Shown in pieces: positions 42,616-52,500 of a stretch of 64,000 nt of DNA. The stretch is from a virus. Its lineage: Duplodnaviria > Caudoviricetes. The stretch is taken from positions 32,001 through 96,000 of the IMG/VR virus record IMGVR_UViG_3300028591_000009, one strand, 5' to 3'. A program made the position numbers and the translations under genes. Each line of letters begins with the position of its first letter. Positions within the stretch are counted from its first letter, which is position 1. The notes under the pieces are model-generated. The model did not search any database. It worked only from the letters and a program-made list of their open reading frames with translations, and was not told where the DNA came from.

Positions 42616-43116
42616 TTAATTATTTCGTAAGCTTCTAACCAGGCCTGGTCTTCCAAGCATTTTTTCAGCGTGGTATACGTACTTTGTGCATTCTGTTTCT
42701 TCGTATTCTCCATCTTCGTTGATCGTCATATGAGTGAATAGTTGTTGTTTTTTCCAATTATTGTAGATATTGAATGCCTGTTTCTTTTCGTGTTTGCCGG
42801 AGTATTGATGTATACAGTTTAACATTCTGTGTGCATCTACACATCCGCAAGCTCTTATACAGCATATATCGTCAATAAAAGATTCAACACCTTCATCTCC
42901 GTACTTGTCTTTGATGATGTTATATTCAGCTCTTGCTTGTTGGAAGTATTTGTTCTATTCATCATAATCTGGTTCTAAACCTAGGATAAACGCACTGTTT
43001 ATGGGGATTCCGTGAATATAGAAATACTTACAATTGTCAGTTACTGGCTATGATATATCTTTTAAGCTTAAGAAATCTGAGTAAAATAATATGGCATTCA
43101 GTTCTATATGATTCAT
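42616..43116 (-). CDS. TAG-recoded hypothetical protein (166 aa, MNHIELNAILFY...)
   Basis: ATGA overlap with upstream gene; two in-frame TAG; continues in frame into track ORF 42616-42825. Confidence 0.75.
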
Positions 43117-43529
43117 ACTTTAGTCCAAGTTCTATAAATACATTCCGTTACCCATCCCAATAAGTAAGCGAATAATTCATTACTATCGTCCTTGAATACT
43201 TCTTCTCCAATCTTGGAGTATATTCTCATACAAACATGTAAAGCCTCATGAGCACAAGTATTTATTAGATCTACATTCTTGTCTATACCCTTTACGTTTG
43301 TATCATTACAATATTTGACTAGTATTATAGCTCTATTAGTCTTTCTATCATAACCAGGCTGAGTAAAAGCTAAAGCATCATCATCTTCAAAATCTTGTTC
43401 TTGAATAGTCATATAACGCTTATTTATCTGTGCTATGGTAGTATACTTATTTGCTACAACTATATCAACGTTGTATACAGTTGGGTATATATCTATTATA
43501 CTCTTCTTCTTAGTCTTACTATTCTTCAT
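43113..43529 (-). CDS. HExxH zincin-like protein
   Basis: NTCAHEALH..NELFAYLLGW. Confidence 0.65.
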   Translation of the reverse strand: MKNSKTKKKSIIDIYPTVYNVDIVVANKYTTIAQINKRYMTIQEQDFEDDDALAFTQPGYDRKTNRAIILVKYCNDTNVKGIDKNVDLINTCAHEALHVCMRIYSKIGEEVFKDDSNELFAYLLGWVTECIYRTWTKV

Positions 43530-43587
43530 GTATATATAATTATATATAATATATATTAGGGGGTTCTTAGGGGGAATTTTGGCTTAT

Positions 43588-43667
43588 TAACGTAAAAATG
43601 GCAAAAACAGTTGCATTTTGAAAAATTTTATACGTTTTTGCAACCATATTTCGCCAAAGTTACGTTA
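43588..43667. promoter_or_regulatory. Divergent pair of ECF-type promoters, TGCAAC-N14/15-TTACGTTA
   Basis: Same bipartite motif on - (43615-43588) and + (43639-43667) strands at the strand switch. Confidence 0.65.
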
Positions 43668-43697
43668 TGCCGTCGAAATTTGAGAAAAACAAATAAT

Positions 43698-44114
43698 ATG
43701 AGCAAAGTATTAAGAGTAATTGATCCATTTTTCGTAATGGAGATTGGAGATACATTTGAACTCTCTGAAGACGGTAAAGAGTATGTTTCTCATCACAGCG
43801 AGGAGTTTCATACTGCAAAAGAAGATAGTGAAGTTAATTCTACTTACGATTCAGTATTCAAGATTTCTCTGAAGTGGGCACAGCAGCTCATTGAGGATGG
43901 ATACCTTGAGGAAGTAGAGGAAACTCCAAAGAACGCTACTCCTTTTGTGAACGTATTCGACGAGATTGATAGATTGATTGACAAGTACCAGAAAGAGGCT
44001 AATGAGCTCAGCAATAGCAAAGAGTTGATTCCAGAATGCCTGAAGGTTGAGAAGACAACAGTACTTACAAACCTTCTGAGTGTACTTAATTATCTTAAAT
44101 CATTGAGAAAATAA
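43698..44114 (+). CDS. Hypothetical protein (start revised to MSKVLRV)
   Basis: First gene of late operon; A-rich leader. Confidence 0.7.
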   Translation: MSKVLRVIDPFFVMEIGDTFELSEDGKEYVSHHSEEFHTAKEDSEVNSTYDSVFKISLKWAQQLIEDGYLEEVEETPKNATPFVNVFDEIDRLIDKYQKEANELSNSKELIPECLKVEKTTVLTNLLSVLNYLKSLRK

Positions 44115-44530
44115 TGGACGAGAATACAAACATTATAGACCAATCGCAGCTTGCAGAAGATGTTGCTAGTAAGATTAAATACAGTTTCTTCGATCATTTT
44201 CTGATTAAGCCGCTGGATCCGGTCAAGGTTAAGAAAGAGTTTAGTAAACCTGTCACTAACGGTGTTCCTACCAAGGACGCTGACGGTATTGAAGCACAAG
44301 ACTTCGATAAAGTAGAGACAGAGGTTAAAGAAGTTGATTCTGATTATTTGAAGGGCGTAGTCATTAAGCTTCCTTTGTATTATGAAAATGAAAATGCACA
44401 GGATGGTACTTACAAGAACATCAAGCCTGGCGATATTGTAGTATTCAGAGCTACAGCAGGTCTTGGTTTTGATCTGATAAAGAACAGTCGACTTATTAGA
44501 CTCTACGATATACTTGGTATAGAAAAGTGA
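44114..44530 (+). CDS. GroES-like co-chaperonin
   Basis: DHFLIKP..(long mobile loop)..KGVVIK..IKPGDIVVF..LIRLYDILG. Confidence 0.6.
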   Translation: MDENTNIIDQSQLAEDVASKIKYSFFDHFLIKPLDPVKVKKEFSKPVTNGVPTKDADGIEAQDFDKVETEVKEVDSDYLKGVVIKLPLYYENENAQDGTYKNIKPGDIVVFRATAGLGFDLIKNSRLIRLYDILGIEK

Positions 44531-44742
44531 TCGACATAGAGAATGTTATAAAAGAAGTTTCAAAGAGAACTGGTGAAGACGTAGATACAGTAGCAATGGT
44601 ATGTAAGCATGTATTTAATCAACTGGTAAAGATAATGAAGGACGATGAAGACACTAGAGACATACTATTAAACCACTTCATGAAGTTCAAATTGAAACGT
44701 AGATATAAAGAAAACAAATCTAAAAGTTATACAGTCGTATGA
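44527..44742 (+). CDS. HU/IHF-like DNA-binding protein
   Basis: IKEVSKRTG..V..VF..I..ILLNHFMKFKLKRR pattern. Confidence 0.6.
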   Translation: MIDIENVIKEVSKRTGEDVDTVAMVCKHVFNQLVKIMKDDEDTRDILLNHFMKFKLKRRYKENKSKSYTVV

Positions 44743-45098
44743 AGACGTTATTTATTAGAGAAGGGATGAATATGACAGTAGATCCCGAAACAAACGAGAT
44801 CAGTAGTGTTTCATCAGCTCGCGAAGCTATTCAACGTATTTACGTTGCTCCAGAGCCAATGCACGTTATTTATCAGTCAGGTCAGCGTAGAGAAGAGGCT
44901 GATGTTGAGAAGAATGATGTTATTGTTACATTCTATACTGATGAGTTCGATAAGCGAATGATTGTAGTAAAGAGTGAGGAGTGGACTAAGAATATCGAAG
45001 GATACGAGAAGCGCATGGAAGAAGCAAAAACTAAGTGCGAAGATTGTTGTGGCACTCAAGAAGCGTGTACTAAATGTCCTAAATCGTTTGCTGCGTAA
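44739..45098 (+). CDS. Hypothetical protein, Cys-rich tail ending -FAA
   Basis: 119 aa coupled ORF. Confidence 0.65.
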   Translation: MKTLFIREGMNMTVDPETNEISSVSSAREAIQRIYVAPEPMHVIYQSGQRREEADVEKNDVIVTFYTDEFDKRMIVVKSEEWTKNIEGYEKRMEEAKTKCEDCCGTQEACTKCPKSFAA

Positions 45099-45119
45099 TC
45101 AGAATAAAATATAAGTATT

Positions 45120-45467
45120 ATGAAGACTGAAAAGAAAACAAAGAGTGTAAAGAAGAGTACTAGTAAGAAGCCTGAGTATTTTGTAGATCTTACTGATGTA
45201 AAGACTCCTAATGATGTATACGTAGAGTTTGCTCTTGCTAAACAGAAGGCAGGTAAGCCACTTACAGATGACGAGTTGGAGACAATCATCGGATACGCAA
45301 TCTACAGAACACTGAACACCGTAAGAAAGTTTGTTTCAGAGTTGCCTTATAAGGAGGTAAATATTGAGGGCGATGAGAAAATCATTCTGGACGCTAAGGG
45401 CAATATTAGAGTAAAGAAGCCTAATATCTTCCGTAGATTCTGGAATTGGATTACTAGAAAGGGATAA
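45120..45467 (+). CDS. Hypothetical protein with amphipathic C-terminus
   Basis: 115 aa; KKPNIFRRFWNWITRK. Confidence 0.65.
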   Translation: MKTEKKTKSVKKSTSKKPEYFVDLTDVKTPNDVYVEFALAKQKAGKPLTDDELETIIGYAIYRTLNTVRKFVSELPYKEVNIEGDEKIILDAKGNIRVKKPNIFRRFWNWITRKG

Positions 45468-45561
45468 TATCCCACATACAGCCGATACGTGGGAGGCTGA
45501 GATTCAGGTGGCCACCTGGACCCACGTGAAATTTCCATAATAAAGTTAAAATTAGTTGGTA

Positions 45562-45613
45562 TCCTATCGCATAGAGCCTTATCAAGAGCGGGGAGCGTTA
45601 CCTCGGGTAGGAA
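45562..45613 (+). ncRNA. Mini tRNA-like element
   Basis: TCCTATC/GGTAGGA 7 bp, 20-nt linker, CGGGG-AGCGTTA-CCTCG. Confidence 0.5.
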
Positions 45614-45646
45614 CTACATTGAAATTTTTTCATAATAATATCTTAA

Positions 45647-45729
45647 GGGTGGCGTTAAGCCCCAGGTGGTTTTGGAACGGCTGGAACAATGATACAGGAT
45701 GCCGAGGGGTTCGATTCCCCTACCAACCA
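45647..45729 (+). ncRNA. tRNA-like RNA with 19-nt anticodon-position loop
   Basis: Perfect T arm AGGGG-TTCGATT-CCCCT, CGGC/GCCG arm, imperfect acceptor; 1 nt upstream of the suppressor tRNA. Confidence 0.5.
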
Positions 45730-45730
45730 C

Positions 45731-45805
45731 TGTCCTATGGTGTAGTGGTAGCACAGGAGGCTCTAACCCTCCAGGTCCGGGTTCGATTCGATGGTAGGAC
45801 GACCA
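45731..45805 (+). tRNA. Amber suppressor tRNA (anticodon CTA), probably Gln
   Basis: TGTCCTA/TAGGACG acceptor plus ACCA; GGAGG-CTCTAAC-CCTCC arm; CTA at 45763-45765; T stem imperfect. Confidence 0.88.
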
Positions 45806-45821
45806 ATAAACAAAATAATAC

Positions 45822-46373
45822 ATGCAGATGAATATTAAATTTAAAAGACTTACAGAAAATGCAATCGCACCTGTTAAGGCACATGCCGCAGATGCAGGAT
45901 TTGATTTGACGTGTTCATCTATCACAACTGAGATTAACGAACGCGGTCAGTTGATTATAGTATATCACACTGGTTTGGCATTCGAAATCCCCGAAGGATA
46001 TTTTGGAGCACTGGTACCAAGGTCTTCAATTGCTAACAAGACACTTACTCTTACTAACTGTATTGGCGTAATTGATGCTGGTTATCGTGGTGAGGTAATG
46101 GCTAAGATGAAGGCTACTACTGATGTAATTCCTGCAGTATATAAAGAAGGTGAACGATTCGCTCAGTTGCTTATCTTGCCTGTACCAGAAGTGCAGTTTG
46201 AGGAGTCAACAGAGCTTTCTGAGAGCGACCGTGGAGAGAACGGTTATGGCTCTACAGACCAAACAAGCGCAGCAACGGGATCTCAGAGTCTTCCGGAAAG
46301 TGAAGGCAAGCCTATAAACTCTGAGACCGCAACAGAGCCAGCGGCTGGGGAGAACGCCCCTGAGCAGGCGTAA
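45822..46373 (+). CDS. dut: dUTPase (trimeric)
   Basis: AGFDL, PRSS, GVIDAGYRGE, FAQL, RGENGYGST. Confidence 0.93.
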   Translation: MQMNIKFKRLTENAIAPVKAHAADAGFDLTCSSITTEINERGQLIIVYHTGLAFEIPEGYFGALVPRSSIANKTLTLTNCIGVIDAGYRGEVMAKMKATTDVIPAVYKEGERFAQLLILPVPEVQFEESTELSESDRGENGYGSTDQTSAATGSQSLPESEGKPINSETATEPAAGENAPEQA

Positions 46374-46489
46374 TAATAACGTTATAAAAGCCTGGGTAAC
46401 TTAGTACATAAGATGGCGAAGTTACAACGGAGAGGGAGCCTCAATAGGGCCCCCTCGAACCGTATATATAAACTACTAAATAGTGCTCT

Positions 46490-48349
46490 ATGGAACAACT
46501 TAATTATAGATTTTTAAATTATAAAAAATACAAGACCTTTGCTAAGGATTTAGCTGACGAGAAAATCCGCGAAGATGCGATTGTATTCGTACAAGACAAA
46601 CCTTGTATATGGGCACGTGGAAAAGAGTATGTTTGTGACGGACCGAATACAGCTGATATTCAAAGTGGAACGTTTACTTTTAAAAACGGTAAAGATGAGG
46701 TAATATTTTCTGCATCGTAGGAAGATGGAGTTATAACTCTTACGGATGGGAATGGTAATAGTATCGCTTAGGAATACGTATTGAAGGATTGGTACGACGG
46801 ACTTAAAATCAATCTTCGTACTAAGTTTGGCAGCGTTGATAAAAAGATTGAAGATGCTGAAGAGAATATAAGAGATCTTGGTACAGATAAACAAGATAAA
46901 CTTATCCCTGGCGAAAACATATCTATTACTAACAACAAAAACGGTAAGCCAATCATTAGTGCAATTATTGATACTAGTCTATATATAATGGTATCATCAT
47001 TGGACGATGTAGCTTATCCCAATCCAAATAAAATATATCTGCTTGAAACAACAGACCAAAACGGAGATACTATACACGAATAGTACAAATGGTCTAAGGA
47101 AGATCAAGAATGGATCCGCATAGGTACTGCTACTCCTGAAGTAGATATGAGTAAATATCTAGAACAGGAATATGAATACCTAGAGCAGAATTATCAACCT
47201 AAGGGTGAATATGCAGGTAAACAGTGGGTTTTAGAAACATTTGTAAAACAATCAAGTGTATATACTCCTACAGACGGTAGTGCAATCGGTGGAGGATCTG
47301 ACGACGAAGGGTCTTCTGGTGTTGTAATACCTTCTGGAAATAGCAATATAACGGTAGATAAGACTTTAAGTACTTTATCAGCAAACCCTGTAGAAAATAG
47401 AACTATAACAATAGCGTTATAGGGCAAAGTAGACAATAACACTCTACAGCAATACGCGAAGAAGTCAGAATTGTCTGGTAAAGTAGATGCTACTGAATTA
47501 GAAAATTATGTAACAAACATACAACATATACAAGACTTAGCTACAAAGCAGAATGTTTTGACAGCTGGTAGTGGTATATCTATAGAAGATGATACAATTA
47601 GTGTTGATGTAGATACTAATCCTATACTTATTGTATCAGAATTACCAAGCAACCCAAATCCAGATAAGATCTACCTACTTGAGACAGTTCAAGATGGTGA
47701 GACTGTTTATATTGAACACAGATATATAAACAACGAATGGGTTGAGTTTGGCAGAAAAGAAATCACTATAGATCTTGCTCCTTATGCTACTAAGTCAGAA
47801 GTTAGTTCTACACTGAACAACTATCTAACTAAAGCAGAAGCTTCATAGAACTATCAGACTATCATAGATGATTATTCTACTAAAGATGAGCTTGAAGAAG
47901 TTGATCAAAAGTTTGATGACTATGCTACAAGCGACGATCTTTCTGAAGCATTACAATATGTAGCTAACGAATATCAAAAAAGAGGTAATTATGTATATGC
48001 AGGACAAGTTTCTGCTGCGTTAAATGCTTTATAGCAGGTAATAGACCAGAAGTATGTATTAAAGAAAGATGTATATAGACCAAACGAATCAGGTTGGTCT
48101 TCTTCAAATCCTACAGCTATTGATGTATAGGGTACTGAAGGAAATGCATCAGATTCTGGATACAGTTCTAACATGGTTACTCTTACTACCGAACAATATC
48201 AACAGTTGGTAGACAAAGGTCTTGTAAACGAATCAACATATTATTTCACTTACGAAGGTGAAGTAGAAACAGATTGGACATTTGGAGGAACATTTCCAGT
48301 TATCCTTGGAGGTAGCGGTATAGGTGAGTTCCCAATAACATTAACATAA
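46490..48349 (+). CDS. TAG-recoded tail fibre-like protein (~619 aa) with internal duplication
   Basis: Track ORFs 46490, 46781, 47147, 47471 in one frame; repeat KQ..L..G..ISI...PNP.KIYLLET twice; TAA at 48347-48349. Confidence 0.75.
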
Positions 48350-48354
48350 TAACT

Positions 48355-49359
48355 ATGAATTTAAATCATAATACAAACAAACAAACAGGCGATCAGCTTA
48401 CAGCAGCAGAATGGAATAATCTTGCTGCTGATGTAAATGAATTGGGAGCTGGTGGTGCAGGAAATAACGACACACATGTCTATTTTGATAGCACAAACAA
48501 ACACAACCTTAACCTTGTTACTACGGACTCCGATCAATACATCGACGAGAATAATAAGGTAAAGGGCGGCAAGATTAACATCGAACCGTATAGCGATCTT
48601 CAAATCAAACCTGGTGACGACATTACATTGTATTCTCATCACAGAGAAGATCCAGAAGAACTGGCTGTAAAGGTTCTTAATGGTGCAGAGGTTTCTGCTA
48701 CAGATCAGGCTGAGATCGATGAATACCCTGTAGATCTTCAATTAAACGCATCAAACGTAATTCTTACAACCAAAGACAAGGCTATTACTATTGCCGAAAA
48801 GAATAAGGCTCGTGCAGCCGAAGGAAAAGACAATACTGCAGATAAAGCCAACATTATGAATGTAGAAGTTAAGACTGGTACAAAAGCTAAGAAGGCTACT
48901 GCATCTAATGGTCAATACGGTTATTTGAAGGTTCGCGCAAACGCTATCGATCTTCGTTGTGAAGACCACGGTGGCATTGCTATTCAACCTAAAGGTTATG
49001 ATAGTGATGGCAATATGAACAAGATTAAGTTCGAACATGGCGGTGGCGACGGCCTCGAGTTTGGTACATTCAACACCGAAAAGAGTTCATTGTTCACAGA
49101 CGAATATCGTTTCAACAAGAACGGCGAGATTTATCTTGCTACTCGTCAGACCGAAGCTTCTGGTAAGACAGATGATACCGGTATCTTTGACAACACTCCT
49201 AGCGGCAAGACAGCTACAAACGCACTGAAGTATGTAAAGCAAGCCGACGATTTCTATGATGTTATTGACAGCAACGATCCACATTGCACATGGGGTGATA
49301 TCGTAACATATATTTCTTGGGCTAAAGCAAACAACCAGGGACCCTGGGCAAATCTTTAA
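48355..49359 (+). CDS. Putative tail/virion protein
   Basis: 334 aa, no TAG; KQTGDQLTAAEWN N-terminal motif typical of fibre proteins. Confidence 0.7.
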   Translation: MNLNHNTNKQTGDQLTAAEWNNLAADVNELGAGGAGNNDTHVYFDSTNKHNLNLVTTDSDQYIDENNKVKGGKINIEPYSDLQIKPGDDITLYSHHREDPEELAVKVLNGAEVSATDQAEIDEYPVDLQLNASNVILTTKDKAITIAEKNKARAAEGKDNTADKANIMNVEVKTGTKAKKATASNGQYGYLKVRANAIDLRCEDHGGIAIQPKGYDSDGNMNKIKFEHGGGDGLEFGTFNTEKSSLFTDEYRFNKNGEIYLATRQTEASGKTDDTGIFDNTPSGKTATNALKYVKQADDFYDVIDSNDPHCTWGDIVTYISWAKANNQGPWANL

Positions 49360-49365
49360 TAACTT

Positions 49366-49563
49366 ATGATACACGTAAACAATCATAATATAGTTGGTGT
49401 TTATAGTGGTAATAGGGATATTGTAAAAGTATACAGCGGACTACGCTTAGTCTGGAGTAAGATAATAGACGTTATAACAGAAACATTAAGTTGTTACGCC
49501 AATGGGTATTGGATAGATGAAAACCCTTGGACTGACGAAACACCTTGGTTTAAAGAACAATAA
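49366..49563 (+). CDS. Small tail-associated protein
   Basis: IVKVYSGLRLVW..CYANGYWIDENPW. Confidence 0.65.
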   Translation: MIHVNNHNIVGVYSGNRDIVKVYSGLRLVWSKIIDVITETLSCYANGYWIDENPWTDETPWFKEQ

Positions 49564-49565
49564 AT

Positions 49566-52500
49566 ATGGATTTATATACAGAAAAAATCAATGAATTTAC
49601 CGATTGGGTTTCGGGAGAGAACAGTCTAACTAACGGTAATGATACAAATAATCTTCCGGTATCCGGCGCAAGAATCAGAGAACTTCTTCAAGATCATTTG
49701 AAAGAACCAATATATCTATGGAGAGACACTACTGAGAATTTATACAGGATTTTCAGTAGTGCCGATGCATGGAGAATTTGGGATTCTGATAGAACAAGAT
49801 ATGCTGATCTAGAACTTGCAAGCTTCGTAGCTCCTTCGGAATATGGCATAGAGGTAACGTTTCCAGAAAACGGTACTATACTATACGCTCGTGAAGGTGT
49901 TCATGATGAGAATACTGTCGTATCTTATAGTTGGAATGTTGTTGATGGTAAAGGCAACGAACTTGACGAAAACATGTATGTAACATACAGTATAGTAGAG
50001 AACGGTGCTTATGTACCTACAACAAAAACTCCATCTGAAAAAAATGTAAGAGAAGATTTATATGATTATCTTTCTACTGGTTTGAATACAGTAGAGATTT
50101 CGTTTAAAGGCGCAGATAGTGGAGCTGAAACAAAGAAGACAATTACAGTTCACGTACTTAAACTAAATGTTAGTACAGACTTTAATTATACAACAGTTAG
50201 AGAAAATTTAAAACCTCTTAACTTTTCATTGTATGCAGACAGAAACGTATAGGGTCCTTTGAGTTTTAAAACTCGCAGATACTATTACGGTTCTGGTAAA
50301 TTCAACGAAGCTGCACAAGAATAGTATGAAAATACATTTAATATTAGAACTGCGGACGAAAACAACTTGACTCCTAGTGCAGAATATCAAGAATCTGGTT
50401 CTGAAGATGCTACGCGATTAAAAGCTGGTTTACATGCGGTATAGGTTATTGGTAGAATGATCCTAAATAATAATCAGTTTAATAGCAATCTTTTATACTA
50501 TTTGTTTGGCGTAGGTTTTCAACCAGGCAGCGAGACAATGTATCATGGTATAGCGGCAGAGTGTAACTTTAACGGCAAAATAGATTTTATTGGTCCTACA
50601 GAGTTTATGCTCGAGGCCACGCAATATGAATAGTTTACTCTAAATTGGGGTTATATTAGTTATATTGGTGGAATGAATAACAGCATTTCGTGGTATATGC
50701 GAGACGTGAACAATGAGGATCCTGAGGATGTAAATGAAACATTCATTACAACTGTAGAATGTTCGTCAAACGTAGCTGCTAGTCCTCTTAAATACATGCC
50801 CGTAGAATATACCGATTCTGGAAGAAGTACATTTCTTGTAGCAAAAATTTCTGGAACGGATATAATTGAACTTCCGATATATATCAAAGAAAGCGAACTT
50901 GGTATTAGTGAAACTGGAGGTGCCGATTTAAAACTCAAACTTTCTGCATACGGAAGACTCAACGAAAATACAAACGTTTCTACATGGGAATATAATACAT
51001 ATTCTACAACGTTTACCAATGTAAAATGGAATCCTGCAAGCGGATGGTATGATAATAGTTTACGATTATCTGGAATCGATTCTACAGCAGTAATCAATTA
51101 CAACCCGTTTGGAGATATAGATGCTACAAACAAAGGTGTTACTGTAGAGGTTGAGTTTGAATCTGAATATGTTTCTTCTACAGACGAGGAGCTTATTAGA
51201 CTAGGTAGTTCGTTAAATAGCGAACCGCACATTAGTATATTTGCTAACAAAGCTTAGTTGTTTATACAAGGATCTCCTATTATTACTACTAACTATAAAG
51301 CTAACGAACGCGTAAAACTTGCGTTTATTGTTGAGCCTAGAAATAATGTAAGCGAAGAGATTAAGAACGTAATCTTTATTGTAAACAATGGTATATGCGA
51401 AAGAGCAGCTGGTTGGAAAGATTATGAACCTGCGGTATTTTCCGCAAATACTGGAAATATTACTATAGGAGGGTGTAATTCTGGAATACGTGTATATAAT
51501 ATAAGATGTTATACCAAAGCTATTACGATTTTAAACGCTTATAATAATTTTGTATACGATAGTGATGACAAGGCGTCTATTGTAGGACGAAATAATATTT
51601 ACGCTAACAACGAAATAAATCTTAAGAAATGTCAAGATAAAATCGATGTAATTATTTTAAAAGGTCCTTTGAATAAAGTATTAAGCCGCAATACTACAAA
51701 AGATGGTTCTAACAGCGAATGTGATATACAACGCATATGTGCTAAAGATCGCTCCAAAAACTTTACTGTAACTCACGGACGTATTCGTAAACATGGTCAG
51801 TCTACGTTGAACTATCCTCTTACTTCTTATAAGTTGTGGACATGGTCTTCTGTAGATGAAGTAAGACCTAGCTTAATAATTGATGCTTCTGAAGATATCC
51901 CGTTCTCTAAGAATAGATACCAGATGAAGAACGATGCAATACCTTCAAACAAGTTTGTATTGCAAGCCAACTATGCAGACTCATCTGGTACACACAATGG
52001 TGGTTTCTTAAGACTTATTTAGGATATCTGGTATAATAGCCAGATTGATGGAGAATATAAGCTTAGGACATAGCCGTAGTTGTTTAGCTCAAATCAGACA
52101 ATCTCTGTATAGACCGGAGATGAGATGACTACTGCTGAATCTAATCTCTTTAGAGGTATGAATGCGCAGGGTAAATAGTGGGGAGATTACTTTGGACTTA
52201 CTCCGTTCCCGTATGTATTAAGAACGGCGCCAGATTCATTCCCATGTTTAGTATTCTACCAAAACGACGATGCTGGAGATACAGCCGCACACTTCTTAGG
52301 ACAATATGTATTTATGGATGATAAGAAGTCTGATTATACATATGGACAGAGAAGTATATACAAGGTAGACAACGTGCAGTCTGGTACCAACAATGCCAAC
52401 GACCCGTTCTGTGTTAAGAGAGATCCTAAGACGGGAGAATCTATTTGGGATGAAAAGAAGGGTACTAAGATTTGGGACAACGATAAGGTTCTTCGTATTG

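Noticed and set aside
45487-45527. Additional mini-tRNA (ACGTGGG/CCCACGT)
   Set aside because: Inner arm is a perfect palindrome CAGGTGGCCACCTG with no T-loop signature; left as a plain hairpin
45556-45925. Track ORFs 45556-45831 (+) and 45614-45925 (-)
   Set aside because: They overlap the tRNA cluster and dut; shadow frames
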